Shown: piece after piece, positions 21,155 through 30,398 of the stretch
How the letters are laid out: each line of letters starts with the position of its first letter
Position numbering within the stretch: position 1 is the first letter of the stretch
Assembly (NCBI GenBank): GCA_030646755.1
Contig: JAUSKU010000092.1
Span: forward strand, 14,270 to 78,269
DNA: 64,000 nucleotides
Origin: Deltaproteobacteria bacterium
Lineage (GTDB): Bacteria > Desulfobacterota > JAENJC01
Reading direction: 5' to 3'
Position numbers and translations under genes: made by a program
The notes under the pieces: model-generated
Told to the model about the DNA's origin: nothing
What the model saw: the letters and a program-made list of their open reading frames with translations, nothing else
Databases searched by the model: none

Positions 21155-21368
21155 TGTCTACCTCAAAATTGTATACAATTTTAATAGATGGGGCTGAAAT
21201 TAGCACTTTCAGGGGCTTATGTCAAGACAATTCCATATTCTAAACTACATGCCAGCTCTTCGAACCCGCCACACGGTAAAGATTACTATTCAGGCAAGAT
21301 TATTCTTGACCCGGGATGCAAATAGCGGGTAAAATCTCTGAACTATTTGGAGGAGGTGTGTAATTATA

Positions 21369-21722
21369 ATGTATACTGATGAACGTCCTTGGGGTTCTTA
21401 CACCGTACTTGACGAGAATAATGGGTATAAAATAAAGAGAGTGGAGGTAAAACCAAAGCAGAGGCTTTCCCTTCAGAAACATCATCATAGGAGCGAGCAC
21501 TGGATAGTTGTCTCCGGCACCGCCCTTGTAACAAACGGGGACAAAACGATAACAATCAATGTCAACGAAAGCACTTACATCCCCAAGGGAACTGTTCATC
21601 GACTGGAAAATCCGGGTATTATCCCGCTGGTGCTGATAGAGGTCCAGAATGGAGAATACCTTGGGGAGGACGACATAGTCAGGTATGATGATGACTATAA
21701 CAGGAAAGATGAAAATATATAA
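21369..21722 (+). CDS. Type II mannose-6-phosphate isomerase C-terminal cupin (stand-alone)
   Basis: RPWGSY, LSLQKHHHRSEHWIVV, EVQNGEYLGEDDIVR motifs. Confidence 0.9.
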   Translation: MYTDERPWGSYTVLDENNGYKIKRVEVKPKQRLSLQKHHHRSEHWIVVSGTALVTNGDKTITINVNESTYIPKGTVHRLENPGIIPLVLIEVQNGEYLGEDDIVRYDDDYNRKDENI

Positions 21723-21753
21723 AAGCCAGATATTCCAAAAAAGAACTTGAGGA

Positions 21754-23667
21754 TTATTTGCCAGGCTTCATTATAACCATGCTGAGAGGTGGAAGCACCA
21801 TGGAAAGTGAAAAGGGCCGTCCGTGACATGGAACGGCTTCAGCCATTATCCCGCCGAAGTTCCCAATGTTCCCACCCCAGTATGCCCCGGAATCGCTGTT
21901 CATAGCCTCTTTATAGAATCCACCATTTGGAACCCCTACCCTGTAACCTATTCTCGCCACAGGAGTAAAATTATACACAAAGACAAGGAAGTCATCAGGG
22001 TTCTTTCCCCTTCTCATAAAGGATATGATACTCCCTTCCGCATCACGGAAGTCTATCCATTCAAACCCGTGATAATCAAAGTCCACCTCATACAGGGCAG
22101 GTTCCGACTGATAAAGCCTGTTTAAATCCCTCACATATCTCTGCAAGCCCTGGTGAGACTCATGTTGCAATAAGTGCCAGTGGACACTCTCATCATGATT
22201 CCACTCCCACCACTGCCCTATCTCCCCTCCCATAAAAAGAAGCTTTTTACCCGGGTGCCCGTACATATAACCAAACAATGCCCTGAGGTTTGCAAACCTC
22301 TGATGGAAGTCTCCGGGCATCTTGTCAAGTAGGGAGCGCTTTCCATGGACCACTTCGTCATGGGAAAGGACAAGGATAAAGTTCTCGGTAAATGCATAAA
22401 TAAGACTGAATGTCAGGTTGTCATGCTGGTATTTCCTGTGGATCGGGTCCTTGGAAAAGTAGCGCAGTGTATCGTTCATCCATCCCATGTTCCACTTCAG
22501 GCTGAAACCAAGCCCTCCAAGGTATGTGGGTCTGGAGACGCCAGTCCATGCTGTAGACTCCTCCGCAATGGTCAACACGCCGGGATATGTGGAATGGAGG
22601 ACCTCGTTGAATCTCTTGAGGAAATCTATCGCCTCCAGGTTTTCATTCCCGCCGTACTGATTAGAGATCCATTCACCCGGCTGCCTTGAATAGTCAAGGT
22701 ATATCATGGAAGCTACTGCATCCACCCTGAGGCCGTCTATATGGTATTTGTCGAGCCAGAAGAGGGCGTTGGACAGCAGGAAGTTTCGAACCTCATTCCT
22801 TCCATAATTGAATATAAGTGTCCCCCAGTCCTGATGTTCGCCCTTTCTTGGGTCCGCATGCTCATACAGGCAGGTCCCGTCAAAACGCGCTAGCCCGTGA
22901 CCATCCTTTGGAAAGTGGGCTGGAACCCAGTCCAATATAATCCCTATCCCTTTCTGGTGCATGTAATCAACAAAGTACATGAACTCTTCAGGTTTCCCGA
23001 AACGGCTGGTAGGGGCAAAGTATCCGATGGTCTGATAACCCCATGAGGCATCAAGAGGATACTCTGTCACAGGCATAAGCTGGACATGGGTGTATCCCAT
23101 TTCTTTTACATACTCTGCAAGTTTTTGGGCAAGTTCCCTGTATGTAAGATAGCGGTTTCCATCTTCCGGGACCCTCATCCATGACCCGAGGTGCACTTCG
23201 TACATAGAAATAGGCGCATCAAGGGCGTTGTGACGCTCCCTCTCAGACAGCCATTTAGCATCATTCCAGGTATATTTATCTATATCATAAACAATTGAGG
23301 CTGATTTTGGTCTAATCTCAGAACTGAAGGCGTATGGATCGGCCTTTTCCAGAACCTCTCCGCTCTTTGATTTAATATTGAATTTATATATCTCACCTTC
23401 GGACAAGCCAGGTATGAATGTCTCCCATATGCCCGAACTACCCAGCATCCTCATCTTATGACCGTTCCCATCCCATCTGTTGAAATCGCCTATCACGCTA
23501 ACAGCTTCAGCATTCGGGGCCCAGACGGCAAAATGGACGCCATTCACGCCTTTCACCTCTCTTACATGGGCTCCAAGCTTCTCATAGTTCTTATAATGGG
23601 TTCCCTCCCCTAATAGGTGAAGGTCAAAATCGGTAAGTATCTGTGGAAATGGATAATCTGCTTTCAT
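21754..23667 (-). CDS. glgB: 1,4-alpha-glucan branching enzyme
   Basis: [45 protein letters not shown] motifs. Confidence 0.97.
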   Translation of the reverse strand: MKADYPFPQILTDFDLHLLGEGTHYKNYEKLGAHVREVKGVNGVHFAVWAPNAEAVSVIGDFNRWDGNGHKMRMLGSSGIWETFIPGLSEGEIYKFNIKSKSGEVLEKADPYAFSSEIRPKSASIVYDIDKYTWNDAKWLSERERHNALDAPISMYEVHLGSWMRVPEDGNRYLTYRELAQKLAEYVKEMGYTHVQLMPVTEYPLDASWGYQTIGYFAPTSRFGKPEEFMYFVDYMHQKGIGIILDWVPAHFPKDGHGLARFDGTCLYEHADPRKGEHQDWGTLIFNYGRNEVRNFLLSNALFWLDKYHIDGLRVDAVASMIYLDYSRQPGEWISNQYGGNENLEAIDFLKRFNEVLHSTYPGVLTIAEESTAWTGVSRPTYLGGLGFSLKWNMGWMNDTLRYFSKDPIHRKYQHDNLTFSLIYAFTENFILVLSHDEVVHGKRSLLDKMPGDFHQRFANLRALFGYMYGHPGKKLLFMGGEIGQWWEWNHDESVHWHLLQHESHQGLQRYVRDLNRLYQSEPALYEVDFDYHGFEWIDFRDAEGSIISFMRRGKNPDDFLVFVYNFTPVARIGYRVGVPNGGFYKEAMNSDSGAYWGGNIGNFGGIMAEAVPCHGRPFSLSMVLPPLSMVIMKPGK

Positions 23668-23748
23668 TTAGGCCTCTGTTAGTAAAATCATTTTCCTTGA
23701 CTCAAATAAAGTATACTAATAAATTAGAGCTGTCAATAAGGCTACCCT

Positions 23749-24147
23749 ATGAAGATAACTCAAACAATTATAGATGAAATATTGGTTCATGCCAGAGAGG
23801 GTTATCCTGATGAGGTCTGTGGACTTATGGCTGGAAGGGATGGAACCATATCAAGGGTTTTCAGGACAACAAATATAGATAAGAGCTCGATAAGTTATAT
23901 GATGGAACCTGCGGAGCAGTTCAGGGCATTTAAAGAGATGAGGGCAGAAGGGTTAGAGCTGCTGGCTATCTACCATTCCCATCCTACATCCCCTGCGTAT
24001 CCCTCTCAAACAGATGTCAGACTCGCATTTTATCCTGAGGCTGTCTATGTAATAGTGTCCTTACGGAAGGTGGGAAACACTGAGGTTAAGGGATTCAGGA
24101 TCTTGGATGGAAAGATATCCGAGGAGGTGCTGGAAATCATTCCCTGA
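23749..24147 (+). CDS. JAB/MPN (M67) metallopeptidase
   Basis: YPDEVCG and YHSHP...PSQTD JAMM motif. Confidence 0.9.
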   Translation: MKITQTIIDEILVHAREGYPDEVCGLMAGRDGTISRVFRTTNIDKSSISYMMEPAEQFRAFKEMRAEGLELLAIYHSHPTSPAYPSQTDVRLAFYPEAVYVIVSLRKVGNTEVKGFRILDGKISEEVLEIIP

Positions 24148-24679
24148 TATTCCTTGGGACACCGTATATCGTGGCCTTTCTCTGAAGCTCTTCCAATTCA
24201 TCCTTAAGCTTTTTTAGTTTTTCCTCAATAACAGGAATCTCAGTTCTATATTGCTCAAATCTTGAAGCCTCGTCTTTTGTTAATAGAATGCCATATATTC
24301 GTCCTCTTACATAGAAAGCTATGAAATCCTGTTTCTTTCCGAGATCTTCTTCAGTATCAGCGATATCCTTCCTCAACGCCTTAAACTTATAAACCCACCA
24401 GTCAAGCGGATAGTCCCCGTAAAGCTCTCTCTTTTCAGTTTCAGGACCTGGAGGTTGCTGGACAGGTTGCGCAGGTTTGGTTTCAGGAGCGGTTTTGACC
24501 TCTTCCTTCTTTACCTTTTCTTGCTCCCAATACTTGTCAGGGACCTTGGTGGGATCGTCTGTCACATGGATGACGCCTTCATCATCGGTCCATTTATATG
24601 TCTCGGCGGATGCGGAAAACGGGTCTAAGATCAAAACAAAGGCAATGATTAATATTACTTCAAGAGCCTTACTTTTCAT
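24137..24679 (-). CDS. DUF4124-domain exported protein
   Basis: Signal peptide, YKWTDDEGVIHVTDDP, C-terminal coiled coil. Confidence 0.75.
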   Translation of the reverse strand: MKSKALEVILIIAFVLILDPFSASAETYKWTDDEGVIHVTDDPTKVPDKYWEQEKVKKEEVKTAPETKPAQPVQQPPGPETEKRELYGDYPLDWWVYKFKALRKDIADTEEDLGKKQDFIAFYVRGRIYGILLTKDEASRFEQYRTEIPVIEEKLKKLKDELEELQRKATIYGVPRNIRE

Positions 24680-24690
24680 GGCCGCCTCCG

Positions 24691-25602
24691 TTATTCTATG
24701 ACAACAGCCTTCCACTCATCACTGTTTTTTATATCTTCCCATCCAGCCTTGCCATGATACCAGCCGTTGCAGAAACCTATCTTTTCCAAGGGTGATAGTC
24801 TGGTTTTTGCCTCTTCAAGAGTTATCTTACCGTCAAGCTTATCCTTGAAGATCTTTATAACATCCCCTGTAACTCCGTACTGGGGCGATATCCTGGCCTT
24901 TGCAATCCCGATATCCTTGAGTTCATCCAGATAATCAATAAGGTTCATGGTCAGGGCACTCATAATCTGGGTCCCGTTTACTATAAACAAGGGCCTCTTT
25001 TCAAGGGTCTCTATAAGCATCCCTTCAGGAAACTTGCGACAGTCTAACTTGCAGTTGCTCTTGAGGAGGCCGAAGGTCCTTGATGTATAACACCTCCAGG
25101 AAAAGGCCAGGGGAAGCTTACCGTATACAAACGCCTCGGTCTCTATATCAGTATTCTTTGCTATCGCTGCCATGGCATCTTTAGAAAGTTCCACCGGGAA
25201 TACTACTCGATTTACCCCGATACCTTTAAGGAACTCCACACTATCGTAATTATAGCTGGTTATATGAGGGCCTGCCACAAGACCTTTCTTCCCCTTTGCC
25301 AGTTGCAGGGCAGATGCGTCGTTTGCCTCTATTGCAAAGGGAAGCCGGCAAGCCTCTCTTACAACATCAAGCTCCGTATCGTCAGAGACCAAGGCGAGAG
25401 TAGACACAACCACATTCTTCCCAGCCTTCTGAAGCTCCTCCCCTACCCTCCTGATATCATCAAGAGTAAGCCCCCGCTTCCTATGGCAGACCACCTCCCC
25501 CAGATATACGTCGGATACAGGCCACCCGGCGGCCTCCTTATAAAATTCCAAAAGGTTATCCCTGCTCCAATCAAATAGGACAGGGCCTAAAGTAAATTCC
25601 AT
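24691..25602 (-). CDS. ubiV: U32 family protein, UbiV-like
   Basis: LGPVLFDW, VYLGEVVC, PVELS, PLAFSWRCYT, CKLDC, CNGWYHG motifs. Confidence 0.8.
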   Translation of the reverse strand: MEFTLGPVLFDWSRDNLLEFYKEAAGWPVSDVYLGEVVCHRKRGLTLDDIRRVGEELQKAGKNVVVSTLALVSDDTELDVVREACRLPFAIEANDASALQLAKGKKGLVAGPHITSYNYDSVEFLKGIGVNRVVFPVELSKDAMAAIAKNTDIETEAFVYGKLPLAFSWRCYTSRTFGLLKSNCKLDCRKFPEGMLIETLEKRPLFIVNGTQIMSALTMNLIDYLDELKDIGIAKARISPQYGVTGDVIKIFKDKLDGKITLEEAKTRLSPLEKIGFCNGWYHGKAGWEDIKNSDEWKAVVIE

Positions 25603-25696
25603 TTACTTCTCCTGTAATGGTAAGTAATTCATGAAGATAATAACACAGGCAGGCAATATCAGCCAAATAGAAAGTTATAGAAGCAAAAACGGGGCT

Positions 25697-26209
25697 TTAA
25701 ACAACCGGCATCCAGAGAGTCAATCCTGGTACGCTTTTGAAATCATTATCGCCTGTTGCAATATGGCGAATGCCCTTCCTTTCCATCACTGCATAGTGGG
25801 CCGCATCTGCAGTAATCAAGCCATATTCCATTGTTTTTTGAAGCGCAGTCATAATATCGCTGTCCTTAAGCTCAAGAACCGTCATACCGGACTCTTTCAG
25901 CAAGGCAATATAGCCCATATACTTCAGGACAGAATCAAGTACCTGCTCCCTTTTCTTTTCGTTATGCAAAAGGGTCTTTACCTTCGGAACGGTAACTTTG
26001 TCGAGGAAATTTGATGCCGACTGCATCAAGAGCTTGAAAGAGACCTCTTCCAGTACAAGGGATGATGTGTATATCTTGAGATTATGCAGCTCTGCCATGT
26101 TTAAGAATTCTACCGAGACATGATTAATGTCAAAGGCATGATGGAGAAAGATATTAGAATCAATGAAAATGGCCTCTTTGCCGTTAAAATACCTAAGATT
26201 TTTCTGCAT
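25697..26209 (-). CDS. vapC: PIN-domain toxin (VapC)
   Basis: IFIDSNIF, DAAHYA, ATGDNDF motifs. Confidence 0.88.
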   Translation of the reverse strand: MQKNLRYFNGKEAIFIDSNIFLHHAFDINHVSVEFLNMAELHNLKIYTSSLVLEEVSFKLLMQSASNFLDKVTVPKVKTLLHNEKKREQVLDSVLKYMGYIALLKESGMTVLELKDSDIMTALQKTMEYGLITADAAHYAVMERKGIRHIATGDNDFKSVPGLTLWMPVV

Positions 26210-26414
26210 AGAGATCCTCCAGAGCCGCTAACGAAAGCTTCCCCCTCACAACCCCCTTATATTTATCCGCATGAGACTCTTTGATGGGAAGGATAAGTAT
26301 TCCCTCCTTCGTCATCTTTACTTCAACCTTGTCACCCTGGGAGATATGCGCCTTATCCCTTAACTCCTTCGGAATAACAATCTGCCCCTTAGCCAAAACC
26401 CTTGCCAAAGACAT
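26193..26414 (-). CDS. AbrB/MazE-family antitoxin
   Basis: KGQIVIPKELR...GDKV; overlaps the PIN gene. Confidence 0.88.
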   Translation of the reverse strand: MSLARVLAKGQIVIPKELRDKAHISQGDKVEVKMTKEGILILPIKESHADKYKGVVRGKLSLAALEDLYAEKS

Positions 26415-26549
26415 AAATAACACCTCCTTAAGTTTAACCAAATCTTTAGTTTAACTGATAAAATAGTAATACCTTGTAGAGTGGGTGTCAAGGGGAAAAA
26501 GTGGTAGAGGAGAGCAGGATACGAAGCTGACTCAGGGATATTTCAGAAA

Positions 26550-26726
26550 AATCAGGGACGGGTTAAGATACCGAAATGCAAACCCGTCCCCGATTAGCGC
26601 TCACCCTACAAGGCTGCTTAAGGGTATTCGATTCTAAGGGGCCGCGCCATACGGTCTCCTCTGTTAAAATAAGTGGCCTCGTTTCCTTATAGCGGAAAAT
26701 ACCTTTCATTGCAAGACCCGACCCCA
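26550..26726. repeat. Palindromic remnants resembling REP/RAYT-type element ends
   Basis: aatcagggacgggtt...aacccgtccccgatt inverted repeat (26550-26596) and ttgcaagacccgacccc (about 26708-26725). Confidence 0.5.
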
Positions 26727-26822
26727 AATGCACCCGCAGCCGAAAACAAACCGCGTTCACCTCCAGACTTGGCGCAGAGAAATACCAGTTCGATTCACTT
26801 TCACTGGCATCTTCACTTGGAA

Positions 26823-29558
26823 TCACTGCTTCGCGCCAAACGAACCTATTAGGGTCATCCCGGGACCGGGAGTGCCACTCTGGACGTGGCTGATCGTGAA
26901 TGTGCCCGCAATTTCATCAGCGTTCGCTCCGTAGAAATAACCATTCATGACCCGGGTACCTGCTCCTGGTGAGGTTATGGTCGTGGTACCTGCTGCGGGT
27001 ATGGAAAGTGTCGTTACTGTGGGGTCGGTGAAACTATTGCCGTTGATGGTACCGTTCACCGTGATGTCACCGAACGTAAGAGGGAGCCCCTCAGATGGCG
27101 CATATAAGGCATATGTACATGAAGAAGCGGCCACAGGCCACACACATGGGGTGATAGTAGACGCACCGGGAAGAGGAGTGATATTAGTAATTAGCCCGGT
27201 AATCGTGCCCGTGCCGCCGGTATAGCTAACGGTCAGGCTTACATCGCCGCTCACGTCATCAGAGCCACCAATGGGCGAGTGCGACAAAACGCCTGTCATC
27301 TTCCCGGTGTAGGTTATCGCAATGGGGTTCGGCATGGTGGTCGTCAGCGTGCCGCCGGCATACGCACTGTAGGTCATGACCGGGACTGGTGACGGCGGCT
27401 GGTTGGGGATGTCGTTCGTTATCGCCCACACACCAAAATCCGCAGAGGCCAACGGGATCGTGTTCCACAAGCTTGTGGCAGTCATAGATAGCGCAGGAGC
27501 ACCCGAAGCCAGTAAAATCGAGCTGGGTAGTGTGGCAATGGCTCCGACGAGGGTAGTCTCGGTGGGAGTGCTCGAAAGAGTGAATATGCTGTCGGGGGCG
27601 ACGCCGAAGGGGCCGGCAGTCACATTGGCAGTACCGCTATTACCACTGATAGTGCTGGTAAAGTCGGTCGACGTTTGTAGCGCGGTGGGAATCATGGCGA
27701 TCGTAGAAACTTGCAGCGTTGGCCCACCAGTCGCTGTGAAAGGGGTCGGGTTGGTCAGATTCTCATTGATGAAGGTGCAGGTGACGTTAGCCCCGGCCTC
27801 CAGATTCACGGTGAAGGTTCGGTTGAGTTGGTCCGTGAAGGTGGTCGTCGAGCCCGGAACCGCGACAAGACATTGAATGGAGGGCACGGTCCAGCCGCTC
27901 ACCGCGTCCTCGGTCACCGTGAAGTCGACACCAGCCGCAAGATTGATGAATGTTTTCGTGTTGGAAAGCGTGGTGTTTGTCGGGTCATCGTCCAGATCGA
28001 AGGCGCTCAGACCCGTTCCCACGGTGGTGAAGTGGAAGTCCTGCGGGCCATCGGGTTGCGCGTCCTTCACGATCGTGAGCGTGCCGGTGCCCGCCGTAGT
28101 CATGACGTTGACGAAGGTGCAGGTGACGTCAGACCCGGCCTTCAGAATCACGGTGAAGGTACCGTTGAGTGGGTCGGTGAAGATTGAGGCGCCCGGCGAG
28201 CCCGGGCTCATGGCCGAGCCCGGGATAGCGGCCGCGTCAGTGCATTGAATGGAGTTCACGGTCCAGCCGCTCACCGCGTCCTCGGTTACAGTGAAGGGGA
28301 CGCCAACCGCCGGTGTGAATGTCTTCGTGTTGGGAAGCGTGGCGTTTGTCGGGTCATCGTCCAGATCGAAGGCGCTCAGGCCCGCTCCCAGGGTGGTGAA
28401 GTGGAAGTCCTGCGGACCATCGGGCTGCGCGTCTTTCACGATCGTGAGCGTGCCGGTGGCGGGTATCGTCAGCTCCAGGCAGGCAGCCGACTCCGTGATG
28501 TTGCTGGTACCCGTTATTATCGCGAGCGCCACGGAGACCACATTGCCATTCACTGCCTGGATGGAGGCGGCGGCATTGCTTTTCACCGCCACGGTGAAGT
28601 TGCCGTTGGCGTTCGTCGTGGTAGATGCAGTACCGGTGTAGTCCGTACCTGTCGAGGTCACTAGAGCCCCCGCCACAGGATTGCCGTTGATGTCCTCAAC
28701 ACAACTGGTGTAGGTGACGGTCTCCAGGATCTGATCCGCGTTCCAGAAGCTGAAGTGGGTCACGCTACCTTCGTAGTACTGATTCGGTGCTGTGCCTTTC
28801 AGCGTCGCCGTGCCTTCTTGCACCCACAGCCCCGTGCTGGTATTGAAGAAGAACAGGGGGATGAAGTTGGGAAGTGTTTGACCCGGAAGCGAGGAGACCG
28901 GGATGCGGATAGTCGATGTCTGACCGCTGGCCAGATTGAGCGGGCTGCCGTTGGCATCGGTGAACGCCACATTGATGGCGCCAAAGCTTTCGATGGACAC
29001 GCTGGAGCCGCTCTGAGTAGTGGCGAGGTAATTGCCGGGCATTGTGCCAAGGTTGTTGGCAGGATCGATGGGCGTCACCTGCGCCGTCACCTGGCCGACT
29101 GGCAAACTGTTACTCGCAGTGCGCAGCCCGCCTGCGGGTAGCGTCACCTGCGCCGTGGAGTTCGGATCGCTGATGGTTTGTGCCACAGTTGGATCGAACG
29201 TCGCCGTGTGCGCCACGGCCAGCATGGGCACGTTGATAGACACCTGCGAACTGGAGGTGGTGTAGGCCGTCGTCGTGCGGTTCTGCGGAACGAAGCCAGT
29301 CTTGGCAAAGGTCACGATTAACGAAGATGCAGGACTCGCGCCGCTAAGTGTGTAAGCACCGCTGCTGTCCGTGATCGTGCTCTTGTTGCCCGCACTCACC
29401 TGCACACCCTGCACGCCGCTATAATTCGCGGCATTGGTGACGAAGCCGGAAATCGTGCCCGACGTCACGGGGGTGTCGCCTCCGCCGCCTCCGCCGCACC
29501 CTGCTACAATAACGGCTGATAGTAATCCCATAAAGCAGAACCTTAATAGCATCTTCAT
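26823..29558 (-). CDS. Large surface lipoprotein: carboxypeptidase-regulatory-like and beta-sandwich N-terminus, two repeated ~110-aa domains, TbpB-like C-terminal barrel
   Basis: Lipobox VAGC plus poly-Gly; HFSFWNAD; duplicated GTLTIVKD...VTCTF; terminal G.FYGANADEIAG.F...GSFGAKQ; GC visibly higher than flanks. Confidence 0.8.
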   Translation of the reverse strand: MKMLLRFCFMGLLSAVIVAGCGGGGGGDTPVTSGTISGFVTNAANYSGVQGVQVSAGNKSTITDSSGAYTLSGASPASSLIVTFAKTGFVPQNRTTTAYTTSSSQVSINVPMLAVAHTATFDPTVAQTISDPNSTAQVTLPAGGLRTASNSLPVGQVTAQVTPIDPANNLGTMPGNYLATTQSGSSVSIESFGAINVAFTDANGSPLNLASGQTSTIRIPVSSLPGQTLPNFIPLFFFNTSTGLWVQEGTATLKGTAPNQYYEGSVTHFSFWNADQILETVTYTSCVEDINGNPVAGALVTSTGTDYTGTASTTTNANGNFTVAVKSNAAASIQAVNGNVVSVALAIITGTSNITESAACLELTIPATGTLTIVKDAQPDGPQDFHFTTLGAGLSAFDLDDDPTNATLPNTKTFTPAVGVPFTVTEDAVSGWTVNSIQCTDAAAIPGSAMSPGSPGASIFTDPLNGTFTVILKAGSDVTCTFVNVMTTAGTGTLTIVKDAQPDGPQDFHFTTVGTGLSAFDLDDDPTNTTLSNTKTFINLAAGVDFTVTEDAVSGWTVPSIQCLVAVPGSTTTFTDQLNRTFTVNLEAGANVTCTFINENLTNPTPFTATGGPTLQVSTIAMIPTALQTSTDFTSTISGNSGTANVTAGPFGVAPDSIFTLSSTPTETTLVGAIATLPSSILLASGAPALSMTATSLWNTIPLASADFGVWAITNDIPNQPPSPVPVMTYSAYAGGTLTTTMPNPIAITYTGKMTGVLSHSPIGGSDDVSGDVSLTVSYTGGTGTITGLITNITPLPGASTITPCVWPVAASSCTYALYAPSEGLPLTFGDITVNGTINGNSFTDPTVTTLSIPAAGTTTITSPGAGTRVMNGYFYGANADEIAGTFTISHVQSGTPGPGMTLIGSFGAKQ
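27765..28457 (-). repeat. Tandem intragenic domain duplication (28107-28457 and 27765-28088)
   Basis: Near-identical DNA across TGTLTIVKDAQPDGPQDFHFTT...DDDPTN and TVTEDAVSGWTV. Confidence 0.9.
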
Positions 29559-29779
29559 TTCTGAACCCTCCTTTTTATGGCTTCATGGCAATTTAGAAAA
29601 ACCGCTGGATACCGAAAATAAAAATGCCCTTCCCGTAAATTTACAGGGAAAGGCATTTTATACCCACCCGGGTATAAATAAAGATCATTAACGACGGTGC
29701 TATGAGTTGAGTTGAGTTGAGTTGAGTTGAGTTGAGTTGAGTTGAGTTGAGTTGAGTTGAGTTGCAGTATGTATGCCAT
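29555..29779 (-). CDS. Microsatellite-containing leader ORF (74 aa, MAYILQ-LNSTQ repeats...RRVQK), coupled to the lipoprotein gene
   Basis: GAGGGG about 7 nt before ATG 29779; its TGA overlaps the lipoprotein ATG (ATGA, 29558-29555). Confidence 0.55.
   Translation of the reverse strand: MAYILQLNSTQLNSTQLNSTQLNSTHSTVVNDLYLYPGGYKMPFPVNLREGHFYFRYPAVFLNCHEAIKRRVQK
29615..29659 (-). terminator. Intrinsic terminator/attenuator upstream of the lipoprotein gene
   Basis: Minus strand AAAATGCCTTTCCCTGTAAATTTACGGGAAGGGCATTTTTATTTT: GC stem followed by a U tract. Confidence 0.75.
29704..29763. repeat. Pentanucleotide microsatellite (GAGTT)12
   Basis: 12 perfect copies counted. Confidence 0.98.
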
Positions 29780-29786
29780 CTTTATT

Positions 29787-29825
29787 CCCCTCACCCTAAC
29801 CCTCTCCCACAAGGGGCGAGGGGAC
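29787..29825. repeat. REP-like element cccctcaccctaaccctctccc...ggggcgagggga
   Basis: Family members at 30231-30326, 44236-44310, 45578-45620 and 62324-62365. Confidence 0.8.
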
Positions 29826-29833
29826 TTTCCTTT

Positions 29834-30145
29834 TTACGCATGAACCGCCTTGCCCTTTATCTGCTTCACTTCTCTCGACGTTTCCAGCAATGCATCAGCA
29901 AGGGCGTTGACAGTAGTCTTTACATCGGACACATCGTCTTCCAGGACATCCATCCGGCCTTCGAAGTTATCCATTCTGCCTTCGAAATTGTCCATTCTGC
30001 CTTCGAGCCTGTCCATCCGGCCATCAAGTCTCTGTTGACCTTCTTTAAGAATAGTGACATCTTCTTTAAGCTCAAACTGGCCCTTTTTCAAGTCACCAAT
30101 GTCAGCCTTTATGTCCAACAGGATATTTATGATCCGTTCTTCCAT
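29834..30145 (-). CDS. Small coiled-coil protein with 7-aa (21-bp) repeats
   Basis: GRMDRLE/GRMDNFE/GRMDNFE/GRMDVLE; AGGTG RBS. Confidence 0.75.
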   Translation of the reverse strand: MEERIINILLDIKADIGDLKKGQFELKEDVTILKEGQQRLDGRMDRLEGRMDNFEGRMDNFEGRMDVLEDDVSDVKTTVNALADALLETSREVKQIKGKAVHA

Positions 30146-30230
30146 ACATACACCTGTGTTTTTATATCCTTAAACTCGAATATATGTCAAGTTTTTTTAT
30201 CACCTAAAATAGAGGTTGATCTCCCGTTTT

Positions 30231-30326
30231 CCTCCTCCCCCTTGATGGGGGAGGATTGAGGTGGGGGTGAGGAACTATCGATAAGGTGCCCCCTCCCCTT
30301 CATCCCCTCCCGCCAGGGGAGGGGAG
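30231..30326. repeat. REP-like inverted doublet
   Basis: cctcccccttgatgggggagg...gtggggg followed by ccccctcc...cccctcccgccaggggagggga. Confidence 0.75.
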
Positions 30327-30398
30327 TTATTGTGGGTTGATATTTTCATGTCTATTTTTAAGTATCAAACGATGTTGCAACTCCAGCATGAAGCCCTC

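Noticed and set aside
21250-21285. ttcgaaccc resembling a tRNA T-loop
   Set aside because: No cloverleaf can be built around it.
23749-24147. JAB protein as part of a CBASS or ubiquitin-like defence system
   Set aside because: No neighbouring E1/E2, cyclase or ubiquitin-like gene; it looks like a housekeeping M67 peptidase.
27765-28457. Possible DGR template/variable repeat pair
   Set aside because: Differences include C/T and C/G changes rather than being adenine-specific, both copies are in frame, and no reverse transcriptase is in the window.
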